In this document: positions 44,434 to 52,578 of the stretch, piece after piece
Layout of the letters: each line of letters starts with the position of its first letter
How positions within the stretch are numbered: position 1 is the first letter of the stretch
IMG/VR virus record: IMGVR_UViG_3300033182_000980
Coordinates: 248,001 to 312,000 of that record
Reading direction: 5' to 3' (one strand)
DNA: 64,000 nt
Notes under the pieces: generated by a model
Databases searched by the model: none
Told to the model about the DNA's origin: nothing
Seen by the model: the letters and a program-made list of their open reading frames with translations, nothing else
Translations under genes and position numbers: made by a program

Positions 44434-45137
44434 AGTTTAACTCGCTTGTGCGATCCCATATTAGATACGCTTTTCTTATTTGTTGATCGAGAGGAGGAAC
44501 GACTCGAAGAAGTCTTTTCATTAAGATTTATACGATCCCAAGGAAGAATGGTGTCCTCTAAAAGACGACTCCACGCAATATGTCCTTCTTCAAGAGGCTT
44601 GTCTGGATCAATAATCAACCAAGTGGGCTTCTTGAGGTGTTCTCGGATCTCGATAGTCTCGGTTACAACCTCGGACATAGCCGCGTTTCGTGCGACTTTT
44701 GTACCAAGCCGAATGACCATCAGATAAGGTGCTTCAGCGAGATCGTCCAAAGAGTAGACCTTTAAGTCTCGCTGAAAGTCTGGATCAGCGATGTCTTTGC
44801 CTTGAATCATCATAGACCCAAGCCAAGCTGACATCAGCGTGTGATCTCCGATGACCTTAACGAACAGGTTTGGGTTTCTCATATTCCCAAGAGCTGATCT
44901 TAGGTGTAGCCTTAGTTGGTCTGTGGTCGCTGTGATGACAAGGTTCTTAGAAATCTTACCATTAAGCATAGAACGCTTTCGTATCGGGGCAACGCTCAGA
45001 TAGTTCCATGCCCTTTCTGCTTGCTCGTCAATCGCTTTATCAATAACGCAATCGCATTGGATGGCTTGAGGCATACCCATGTGTCCGTCATCGGTTTGGG
45101 TGTAGCCTAATCCACCACATTTTTTACATTCACTCAT
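44430..45137 (-). CDS. DnaC/DnaI-like helicase loader, degenerate ATPase
   Basis: N-terminal CKKCGGLGY...QCDC; AAA+-like strand pattern without GKT; directly upstream of DnaB. Confidence 0.5.
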   Translation of the reverse strand: MSECKKCGGLGYTQTDDGHMGMPQAIQCDCVIDKAIDEQAERAWNYLSVAPIRKRSMLNGKISKNLVITATTDQLRLHLRSALGNMRNPNLFVKVIGDHTLMSAWLGSMMIQGKDIADPDFQRDLKVYSLDDLAEAPYLMVIRLGTKVARNAAMSEVVTETIEIREHLKKPTWLIIDPDKPLEEGHIAWSRLLEDTILPWDRINLNEKTSSSRSSSRSTNKKSVSNMGSHKRVKL

Positions 45138-45187
45138 AGTCTTGCTGACCTCCTTTGGTTATTCATTATATGAATAAGGAGGCAACT

Positions 45188-46354
45188 TTATACGCCAAAA
45201 AAATTATCTTGTTGCCACTTGGGTTCGGGGGGGTTAGACCCCTTACTCCAAACAAAAATAGGTTCCGCTACATTCTCCTTTACACCCTGTCGTGGAGATA
45301 GCGGATAGCCAATCGAACCTTCATAGGTTAAACCTAAAGACCTAGCGTGTTCTAAAAGAGGAGTGCTGACCACCACTTTCTTCCCTTTCCACATGAAGTC
45401 GCTGATGTTAATCGCTATCCTCCCATTCTCTTTTAGAGACTCCACTATGAGTGAGACGGTCTTGAGTAAAAACTCATTTAGCCACAGGTCAAAGTCTTGA
45501 TAGCGGGAAGAAGACTGGGTGTCCTCATCGGAGTAAATCTCTAGGTTGAAGTATGGTGGGGATGTGAAAACGAAGTCATACTCAAGCGATGAGAAGTCCA
45601 CATCTTCCGAGGGGGAGCAGAGAAGCCTAACCTCTTTATCGGGAGCATACGCATTATGTATCTGACGATAAGGTTCATGTAGCTTAGTGTTAGGGTCTAT
45701 CCCTATGTAAGATTCAGCATCCGAGGCTAAGAAGCCGACAAGCCGATCACCCCAACCAGCCGAGAAATCTAAGACGCTCTTAGCTCCGAAAAAGTCATAC
45801 AGGTGCTTTGCACAGTTGGGCTTAAACTGTGTGAGCGTTCGTATGGTTCTTTCATTTGAGAAGGCGTGTATGATTGAGCTTCTGCTCAACTTAGGCTTCA
45901 TAAAGAGTCCTGTTAGTCTTGAGAAGTCATTTTCTTTTCTTTTACCTTGTTCCCAGTAATCTATGGGAGATAGGCCATTTGAGTATCTCCCCTCATGTCT
46001 TGCCTTGATCATGTACTTGCTAGACAACCGATTATAAATAGAAGTGTTTGGTGAAAGTTGTAAGTAAGACCCTTTGTAGAGAGGGTCGGTGTCGGAGTAA
46101 AGGCTTACCCAAGGTCCTTTGATGATCTGTGGTTTGTCATTCTTCAAACTGCGGAAGAGGCTGTTTAGGTCGCAGTTGATCTCTGCAAATGGGAAAGGTG
46201 AGTCAAGCTCTATAACCTTGTCTCGTATGAAGACTAAGACATCTTTCCTATCGTAGTTGTCTTTAATGTACTCCCAATCTTCTTTAGGGCAGTATGGGAA
46301 TCCATCTTTTGACCCTATCAATCCCCCAAGGGTTTTATCGACCTCAAAGAACAT
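45188..46354 (-). CDS. DNA amino-methyltransferase paralogue 6
   Basis: LDFSAGWGDR, FTSPPYF; start at MFFEVD (46354), 1 nt after the upstream stop. Confidence 0.85.
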   Translation of the reverse strand: MFFEVDKTLGGLIGSKDGFPYCPKEDWEYIKDNYDRKDVLVFIRDKVIELDSPFPFAEINCDLNSLFRSLKNDKPQIIKGPWVSLYSDTDPLYKGSYLQLSPNTSIYNRLSSKYMIKARHEGRYSNGLSPIDYWEQGKRKENDFSRLTGLFMKPKLSRSSIIHAFSNERTIRTLTQFKPNCAKHLYDFFGAKSVLDFSAGWGDRLVGFLASDAESYIGIDPNTKLHEPYRQIHNAYAPDKEVRLLCSPSEDVDFSSLEYDFVFTSPPYFNLEIYSDEDTQSSSRYQDFDLWLNEFLLKTVSLIVESLKENGRIAINISDFMWKGKKVVVSTPLLEHARSLGLTYEGSIGYPLSPRQGVKENVAEPIFVWSKGSNPPEPKWQQDNFFGV

Positions 46355-46355
46355 A

Positions 46356-47570
46356 CTAAACCCCGAAAAAGTTGTCTTGGTTATACTTAGGTTCGGGTGC
46401 TTCCCCTTTAGACCAAATGAAAATAGGTTCAGAAGATGTGTTCTTCTCGCCATTGGGTAAGGGTCTATTTGAAAGACCATACCCTATCACCCCCTCATAA
46501 GTCGCACCTAGCGATTCCATATGTTTGAGTAAATCTTTACAGATGAACACCTTAAAATTAGGGTTGTCTGATATGTTGATCGCAATCCGACCTCCTACTT
46601 TAAGGCTTTGATATACCTTAGTAAGCGTCTTAAAAAGAAACCCATCTAACCACAGATCAAGATTGGGGTATCTGATGATTGATTGAGTCTCTTCTTTTGT
46701 GTAGGACTCTATGTTAAAGTAAGGGGGTGAGGTTAAAACAAAGTCATAATCTAGCTCGGTATAATCGACATCTTCTGCGGGGCTACAGATAAAGTTTGCT
46801 TCTTTTCCGGTGCCACAAAACTCATGTATCTGTTGATAAGGTTCATGTAGCTTTGTATTAGGGTCAATCCCGATATACGAGTCGGCATTAGACGCATGAA
46901 ATCCAACCAAACGATCACCCCATCCAGCACAAAAATCTAAGATCCTCTTAGCCCCGAAGAAGTCATAAATGCCTTTAGCTGTAGAGGGTTTAAATTGAGA
47001 TACCGAACCACAGCCTAGCCGACCCGCAGTATATACTGCATCTTTGTTTAGTTTGTCGTTGAGGAATACAAACGCACTTAAAAAGTTCAGAGTAGGTGAA
47101 TCGTACTGTGAGGGATGAAACTCATCTTGTTTCATGTGATTCCATACACCAACTATACCCTCATACTTACCCGCCCTCCGTTGGTTTTGAGCTTTTAATC
47201 TTTCCTCGTGTGTGAACTGATCAGAGATTTTTGTTCCAGCAACGGCCGAAAAGACCCATTGGTTACCTTTATATGTGAAGTCTTTAATCTCACACTTTTG
47301 AGTGCTCCACTCCCTCTCAACAGGGGAGTAGTAGCTAGACTTTAACTGATTGAACAGAGCTTTGCACTCGATACGAGAAAAGGTCTTCAAAGGAAAGTCT
47401 ATTTGGTGCTCATGGATTAGCTTGTAGATATGAACATATATCTGTTTTCGTGCAAACTTTGCTTTGATCTCATCAAAGTCTTCCTTACAAACTTCAAAGA
47501 ATCCATCTTTTATCCACACATAATCATCTAGGGAGGTTCTTACCTGTTTTTTTTCATAGTCAAAGAACAT
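46356..47570 (-). CDS. DNA amino-methyltransferase paralogue 7
   Basis: LDFCAGWGDR, LTSPPYF; closest to 20029..21255. Confidence 0.85.
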   Translation of the reverse strand: MFFDYEKKQVRTSLDDYVWIKDGFFEVCKEDFDEIKAKFARKQIYVHIYKLIHEHQIDFPLKTFSRIECKALFNQLKSSYYSPVEREWSTQKCEIKDFTYKGNQWVFSAVAGTKISDQFTHEERLKAQNQRRAGKYEGIVGVWNHMKQDEFHPSQYDSPTLNFLSAFVFLNDKLNKDAVYTAGRLGCGSVSQFKPSTAKGIYDFFGAKRILDFCAGWGDRLVGFHASNADSYIGIDPNTKLHEPYQQIHEFCGTGKEANFICSPAEDVDYTELDYDFVLTSPPYFNIESYTKEETQSIIRYPNLDLWLDGFLFKTLTKVYQSLKVGGRIAINISDNPNFKVFICKDLLKHMESLGATYEGVIGYGLSNRPLPNGEKNTSSEPIFIWSKGEAPEPKYNQDNFFGV

Positions 47571-49172
47571 TTACTTAACCTTAATAATGTCTCGTGCGTC
47601 ATCGAGTAGACCATCAAACAGGTCAGCAATCTCGGACTGACCAACCTCAAGTACAGCGTCATCTTCTCCGTCCTCTTTTAGACGCTTACCTAAGACAGCT
47701 TCAATGAGGTTCATCTTAGCCTTAAGGGTTTTCATAACCCTCTCGTCAATGGTCTTGGGGGCACAGATATGGTAGCTATAGACCTTATCGTGAATAGACC
47801 CGATACGAATCATTCTACCGATGATCTGCAAGTAATCACCAGCAGACCAAGGGGTATCGAAGAAGATAACAGCCTTAGCAAGTTGAAGATTTACACCCTC
47901 TGCCGCCGCCATTGTAATGAGGCAAACCTTAGTGTCGCTCTCTGGATCTTGGAAAGCCTTCTGACTTGCAAGCCTTTCTTCTCCAGACTCTGCCCCTGTG
48001 ATACGACAAGTCTTGATCTTCTTGCTCTCGATTTCTGCTTCGAGGATGTCTACCATGCCCCTAAAGCGAGAGAAGATGATGACCTTTTCACCCTCAAGCT
48101 CATTCTCTAAGAGATCAAGCAAGGTTTCGAGTTTACCAGAGTCTCCGTCACAATCGACAAGTGCTGGATGGTTTACGATTTGTTGACAGATCGTGACTGC
48201 TGTGAGCTTGGTTACCTCACGCTCCATCATCTCACCAGTCTCTGGATCAATGTACTCAAGCAACCCCTCAAGAGCTTCGGCATATTTGTTTTTCTGTTGC
48301 TTGCTCAAGTCGCAGTTTACAACCTTTGTTGTAAGAGGGGGCAACTCCTGTGCAACCTCATGCTTAGGGCGACCTAAGAAATAAGGGTCGATGTGTTCCC
48401 TAAATGCTTCGATGTCTCGCTTACGGTGTCCAACTACGATTTGAATACGCCTACGAGAACCAGGGATAGGTTGATCTCTAGTGATGCAATACTCACGCAT
48501 GAAGTGGGTCTTTGTGGAGAACAGGTGAGGTACAGTCACTTTATAGATCGCCCATGCTTCCATGAGTCGGTTCTTAATGATGGTCGCTGATAAAGACCAT
48601 ACACGCTCGGCTGAACCCGCGAGATGCTTACAGACTTGGTGGACTTGAGAGCGATCATTCTTAAAGGCTGTCGCTTCATCAAAGATCATCACATGACCTG
48701 TGATGTCTTGGAGATGTTGGAAATCTTGAACTGCTGTCCGATAACCCATAATGAGAGCTTTAGGGCCTTCATAAGCCTTGAACTCATTGTGGATCTTCTC
48801 ACGCTTCTTCTTTGTGCCTAGACACTTAAAGACTTTAACCCCTGTAGTGAACTTATCGAACTCGGATTCCCATTGTCCGACAGCCGACTTGGTAGTGCAG
48901 ATGAGAGCAGGTATGTCGGGTCGCTTGTCCCATAGGTAAGAGAGTGTAGCGATAGTCTGTAAGGTCTTACCCAGACCAGTATCATCACCAAGCACGAACC
49001 GAGGCATGGCGAGTAAGTGCAACACGCCTTGTATCTGATACTGTCTTAGCTTTAGCTCAACTCCATTAGGGAGATGCGAGTTAAGGATCTTACAGGCTGG
49101 TGGAGTCAGATCATCTTTAACTCTGATCTCCCTGAGCTTTTCAATTGTAGCGAGTAGTTTCTTGTTGTCCAT
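47571..49172 (-). CDS. SNF2-family helicase/translocase
   Basis: LRQYQ, DDTGLGKT, FDEAT, SAT, KVIIFS, EGVNLQ, QIIGRMIRIG. Confidence 0.92.
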   Translation of the reverse strand: MDNKKLLATIEKLREIRVKDDLTPPACKILNSHLPNGVELKLRQYQIQGVLHLLAMPRFVLGDDTGLGKTLQTIATLSYLWDKRPDIPALICTTKSAVGQWESEFDKFTTGVKVFKCLGTKKKREKIHNEFKAYEGPKALIMGYRTAVQDFQHLQDITGHVMIFDEATAFKNDRSQVHQVCKHLAGSAERVWSLSATIIKNRLMEAWAIYKVTVPHLFSTKTHFMREYCITRDQPIPGSRRRIQIVVGHRKRDIEAFREHIDPYFLGRPKHEVAQELPPLTTKVVNCDLSKQQKNKYAEALEGLLEYIDPETGEMMEREVTKLTAVTICQQIVNHPALVDCDGDSGKLETLLDLLENELEGEKVIIFSRFRGMVDILEAEIESKKIKTCRITGAESGEERLASQKAFQDPESDTKVCLITMAAAEGVNLQLAKAVIFFDTPWSAGDYLQIIGRMIRIGSIHDKVYSYHICAPKTIDERVMKTLKAKMNLIEAVLGKRLKEDGEDDAVLEVGQSEIADLFDGLLDDARDIIKVK

Positions 49173-49219
49173 ATAAGTGAACCCTCCTTTGGGTGTGGGA
49201 TGTACTTATATGATTTTAC

Positions 49220-49969
49220 CTACCCCTCAAATAAGTACCTAAGCAATCTAGTATATTCTACATTGAACTCAACATTATGGAGCGTTAAAAACTCAACTCG
49301 AATGGTACGGATCGGTATGTCTCCCGATGCGACCCATACCTTAGACCACACTTTACTCGACCAGTAAATGTGGCAGTATTTACAGATCTTATAGAGAGTT
49401 TTGTAAGCTACCTTTTCTTCTTGGTAAGTGATGTCCGACACCTTTTCTTCGTGGTGCATTAGTCCAGAAATCTTACCTAAGATGCGAGCTTCTGTGGAAA
49501 TCCTAAACATATATGTGGGGAACTTACCATAGGTGAACATATACCATACGAGCTGTTCTTCACGCTCTGTGGTGGTATTGGACTTAATGATCTTAGTGAT
49601 ATGGTCAAGACCTTTGCTCACAAGCTGATCTAGCTTCCCGCTGATCCTCATTGTCCTTCTTCTGATTTCTTGTTGCTCTTTCTTCGTCCAAGTCGCTTTT
49701 TTCTTCCTACTAGGGAAGTAGTCGTCTGTCTCTTTCTTACAATGAGGTGATCCTGGCTTCTTGTACTTACAATAAATCGACCAAGCCACAGCCCATGCTT
49801 TGCCCTCGTCTTTCTCTTTTTGCTTCTCCATGATCTCCTCTACTTTATCATGGACATAAGCTGGTACATTCTTGTTTCTCTCTTTTTTGTCTGCCGATCT
49901 CTCGGCATTACGCATGGGAGAGAAAGACGAATAACCCCCATAAGATTTCTCATTTGATGTAAATGACAT
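49220..49969 (-). CDS. Hypothetical protein with ChaB-like motif
   Basis: EGKAWAVAWSIYC motif; start MSFTS with GAGG RBS. Confidence 0.5.
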   Translation of the reverse strand: MSFTSNEKSYGGYSSFSPMRNAERSADKKERNKNVPAYVHDKVEEIMEKQKEKDEGKAWAVAWSIYCKYKKPGSPHCKKETDDYFPSRKKKATWTKKEQQEIRRRTMRISGKLDQLVSKGLDHITKIIKSNTTTEREEQLVWYMFTYGKFPTYMFRISTEARILGKISGLMHHEEKVSDITYQEEKVAYKTLYKICKYCHIYWSSKVWSKVWVASGDIPIRTIRVEFLTLHNVEFNVEYTRLLRYLFEG

Positions 49970-49990
49970 AGTACCTCGCATAGACTTTAA

Positions 49991-50002
49991 TAGTTTGTTT
50001 AT
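49991..50002 (+). promoter_or_regulatory. Putative late promoter of the tail operon (TAGTTTGTTTAT)
   Basis: Consensus motif upstream of the tail tube gene. Confidence 0.7.
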
Positions 50003-50065
50003 AGTCCGATTATAAATGAATAACAAACTTTCCCTTAGCTCATGTCAATCATCTAGGAGGACATC

Positions 50066-50914
50066 ATGCCAGCAACAAATAAAGATATGAACCCACAGGC
50101 AGGTATTGCAGGTACATCTGCCCTGTACAAGTTCAACTCATCTCCAAACACTCGTGCAGTTGTTTCACAGAAGTGTCGCATCCTCACCCCTGCTTATGGA
50201 AGTGGTGACGGGCTTCTATATCAAATCGGTGTGGTTGCTTCATTCTCAATCTCGGCTTCTTCAAGAGGTGCAGAGCCATATCGTGGTGTCGGTTTCGGTG
50301 ATCAGATCGCTGAACTCGTTCCAAGTGTTTCTGACCCACACAGTGCGTCATTCACTCGTACACTCCTTTACCTCTCAAACGCTCACCAAGCATTTGGTTA
50401 TGCTGGTGGTGTTGATGGTCCAGTTCGTACACTACAACAACACAGATGGCCTTTCGACATTGAGCAACAGCTTGTGTTCTCAACTCTTGCTGACACCGAA
50501 GCACCAGCAAATGGTCCTAATGGTCTTGTGAATGTCGATTTCTCATCTCAAAACGCTACCAATGGTGCTTTGTCTCCCGCACAGCGAGAGGATTTGGACG
50601 CAGGCGAGAGAGATGGTACTCCAGGTGAAGGGGGTTCTCAGAAGCACAAAGCTCTCATCACTTATTGTGAGGGTTGCTGGATCACCTCGATGGATCATGG
50701 CGAGATGTCAGCCGATGGTGGCATCATTCAGCAATCTATCGAAGCTCAGATTACTGATGTGCATGACCTATACTCTACCTATGGTGAGTTCATGGCTACA
50801 GGTAATGATCCGACACTTGGTCAGAACAGCTCACTCCTTTATAATGAGCGAGCGACTACTGCTGTTGAGCGTTCCACAGGAGCGGCAGCAACAGGTGTAG
50901 CACCAGGCGAGTAA
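50066..50914 (+). CDS. Tail tube protein (putative)
   Basis: AGGAGG RBS; IGVVASFS...GFGDQIAELVP...PFDI...YCEGCWITS beta pattern; first gene ahead of chaperones and tape measure. Confidence 0.7.
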   Translation: MPATNKDMNPQAGIAGTSALYKFNSSPNTRAVVSQKCRILTPAYGSGDGLLYQIGVVASFSISASSRGAEPYRGVGFGDQIAELVPSVSDPHSASFTRTLLYLSNAHQAFGYAGGVDGPVRTLQQHRWPFDIEQQLVFSTLADTEAPANGPNGLVNVDFSSQNATNGALSPAQREDLDAGERDGTPGEGGSQKHKALITYCEGCWITSMDHGEMSADGGIIQQSIEAQITDVHDLYSTYGEFMATGNDPTLGQNSSLLYNERATTAVERSTGAAATGVAPGE

Positions 50915-50983
50915 TCTTTAGCCTTACATGGTATTATGAGGGTAGCCGTACCCTCTACAAATAAACGGACAGGATGAAAATAA

Positions 50984-51523
50984 ATGACTATCAACTTATC
51001 ACAGCTCAAAGAGCTGATGTCTCCTCTTACCCAGCTTTGCCAAAGGGAAAGAGAGGTAGACCTTCAAGGTATTAAAGTTGTCCTCAAGCACCTCACACCC
51101 AAAGAGGAGCTTGAGGTACAAAAGATGTTACCCGAACTCGACTCGGCTACTGCTGTCGAGTTTGCCGATGTGTTTCGTAGAGAGACACTTGCTCGGTCAA
51201 TCGTTCAAGTAGGAGATCTCGATTTACGAGACATGAAAGAAATCGAGACAGGTGAAACCTTACCGAACGGTAAAGCAGTTAAAGTCTCCAAAGAAGAAGC
51301 TGTCGTTCAAGTGATGGACAAGTGGTCTAAGTTTGTACTCGCTAAGTTATTCGAGCAGTACGGGTTTCTATCCGAGGAGATCGAGCAAGGGTTAGATGAG
51401 AGCTTAAAGATCAACATTGAGGACACAGAGGTGGAAAAAGAGAACTTGAAAGCTCGTATTGAAAACCTTGAAGTTTCTCAAAAGTTAGAAAATCTTGAAA
51501 GCAATGAAAAAGAAGTACCATGA
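50984..51523 (+). CDS. Tail assembly chaperone (putative)
   Basis: Position between tube and tape measure; VVLKHLTPKEE pattern, acidic. Confidence 0.6.
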   Translation: MTINLSQLKELMSPLTQLCQREREVDLQGIKVVLKHLTPKEELEVQKMLPELDSATAVEFADVFRRETLARSIVQVGDLDLRDMKEIETGETLPNGKAVKVSKEEAVVQVMDKWSKFVLAKLFEQYGFLSEEIEQGLDESLKINIEDTEVEKENLKARIENLEVSQKLENLESNEKEVP

Positions 51524-52574
51524 AGCCATACACGACTACATTAAGACAGGTGGTCAAGGCTTAGTAGTCTCTGTTAAAAAGGGGTACACGCTTCGGTTTC
51601 GACTACCTATGCTTGAAGATATTCAGCGTAGTGATGACTATGCTGAATATGAGGTCGAAAAAAGCTCATTCATACTGGCTAGGACTTTACAGTCAGTCGG
51701 TGGGTTTGATGTACCTCAATCTTCCTCGTTTGAGGTTTTGAATCAGTTTTTGTCTTGCCCTCGTTTTACAACGAGGGTGATCAAGTATTACTGGTGTTGT
51801 GTGAAGGAGTCTCAATCTTTTGCGAGTTTCTTTGAGGCTTTTTGCTACACTCAAAAGTCTCGTACTTTATGGGAAGAGTGGAAACAAGCGACACGGTTCG
51901 GAATGGCTTTTACTGCACAGAACTTTCCCCTCACCGACTTACAAATGAGTTGGATCGCCTATAACGAAGCGGAAGATCAGAAGGCAGACATCGAGGACGA
52001 GTGGGGTAGAGCGTTCTTCATAGCTTCTTCAATGAATCCTAAAGGTGTGCAAAAAGCACAGAGAGATTGGGAAGATCGAAAGAAGAAAGAATCAGAGTAC
52101 CGAGCGAGGTTAATCGAAGAAGCTAATAAAGGTGAGTTAGATGAGAAGAAGGCCGAAGATCTTCGAGCCGAGAAATCTGTGCAGGAGCTACAAGGAGAGT
52201 ATTGGGACTGGGTTGACGGCAAAGAGGACGATCACGATAGAGCTGTTCGGGAATATAAAGAGCAGGTGATGAAACACATAGAGGAGAGGAAAGGGTTTTT
52301 GAGTCGTCAAGCTCAAGAGGCTCGTGAAATGGCGATGCAAGTGCAAGAGATGAATAGTTTATCTATGAGTTCACCTATTAGAGCATACACAGATGACGAG
52401 GTGGCTAAGATGACTCAAGGAAGAGAACGAAGCACGATTAACTTTGACGAGGGTCAAGAATACTCGGAACACCTCTCTAAGAGATACTTTAAATCACAGC
52501 AAGTGCCAGGTGGCAAGATGCCTTCTTTACAGGAGCAGATTGCGAATAGACCTTTACCGAAGTTAGAGAGGTAA
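51504..52574 (+). CDS. Second tail assembly chaperone-like protein
   Basis: Overlaps the previous gene by 20 nt; directly precedes the tape measure gene. Confidence 0.5.
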   Translation: MKKKYHEAIHDYIKTGGQGLVVSVKKGYTLRFRLPMLEDIQRSDDYAEYEVEKSSFILARTLQSVGGFDVPQSSSFEVLNQFLSCPRFTTRVIKYYWCCVKESQSFASFFEAFCYTQKSRTLWEEWKQATRFGMAFTAQNFPLTDLQMSWIAYNEAEDQKADIEDEWGRAFFIASSMNPKGVQKAQRDWEDRKKKESEYRARLIEEANKGELDEKKAEDLRAEKSVQELQGEYWDWVDGKEDDHDRAVREYKEQVMKHIEERKGFLSRQAQEAREMAMQVQEMNSLSMSSPIRAYTDDEVAKMTQGRERSTINFDEGQEYSEHLSKRYFKSQQVPGGKMPSLQEQIANRPLPKLER

Positions 52575-52578
52575 TGTT

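Noticed and set aside
46355-46480. N-terminal extensions in the ORF track (45188..46480, 9901..12747, 40755..40952 and others)
   Set aside because: Alternative-frame readings of the upstream gene's tail; paralogue N-termini and RBS positions indicate downstream starts.
34884-47570. Repeated DNA blocks suggesting a CRISPR array or DGR template/variable repeats
   Set aside because: They are conserved coding motifs of MTase paralogues; no repeat-spacer periodicity, no adenine-specific variation noticed and no reverse transcriptase in the window.
17288-49172. Inteins or introns in polymerase, helicase or SNF2 genes
   Set aside because: No C...HN splice motifs, homing-endonuclease motifs or ORF interruptions seen.
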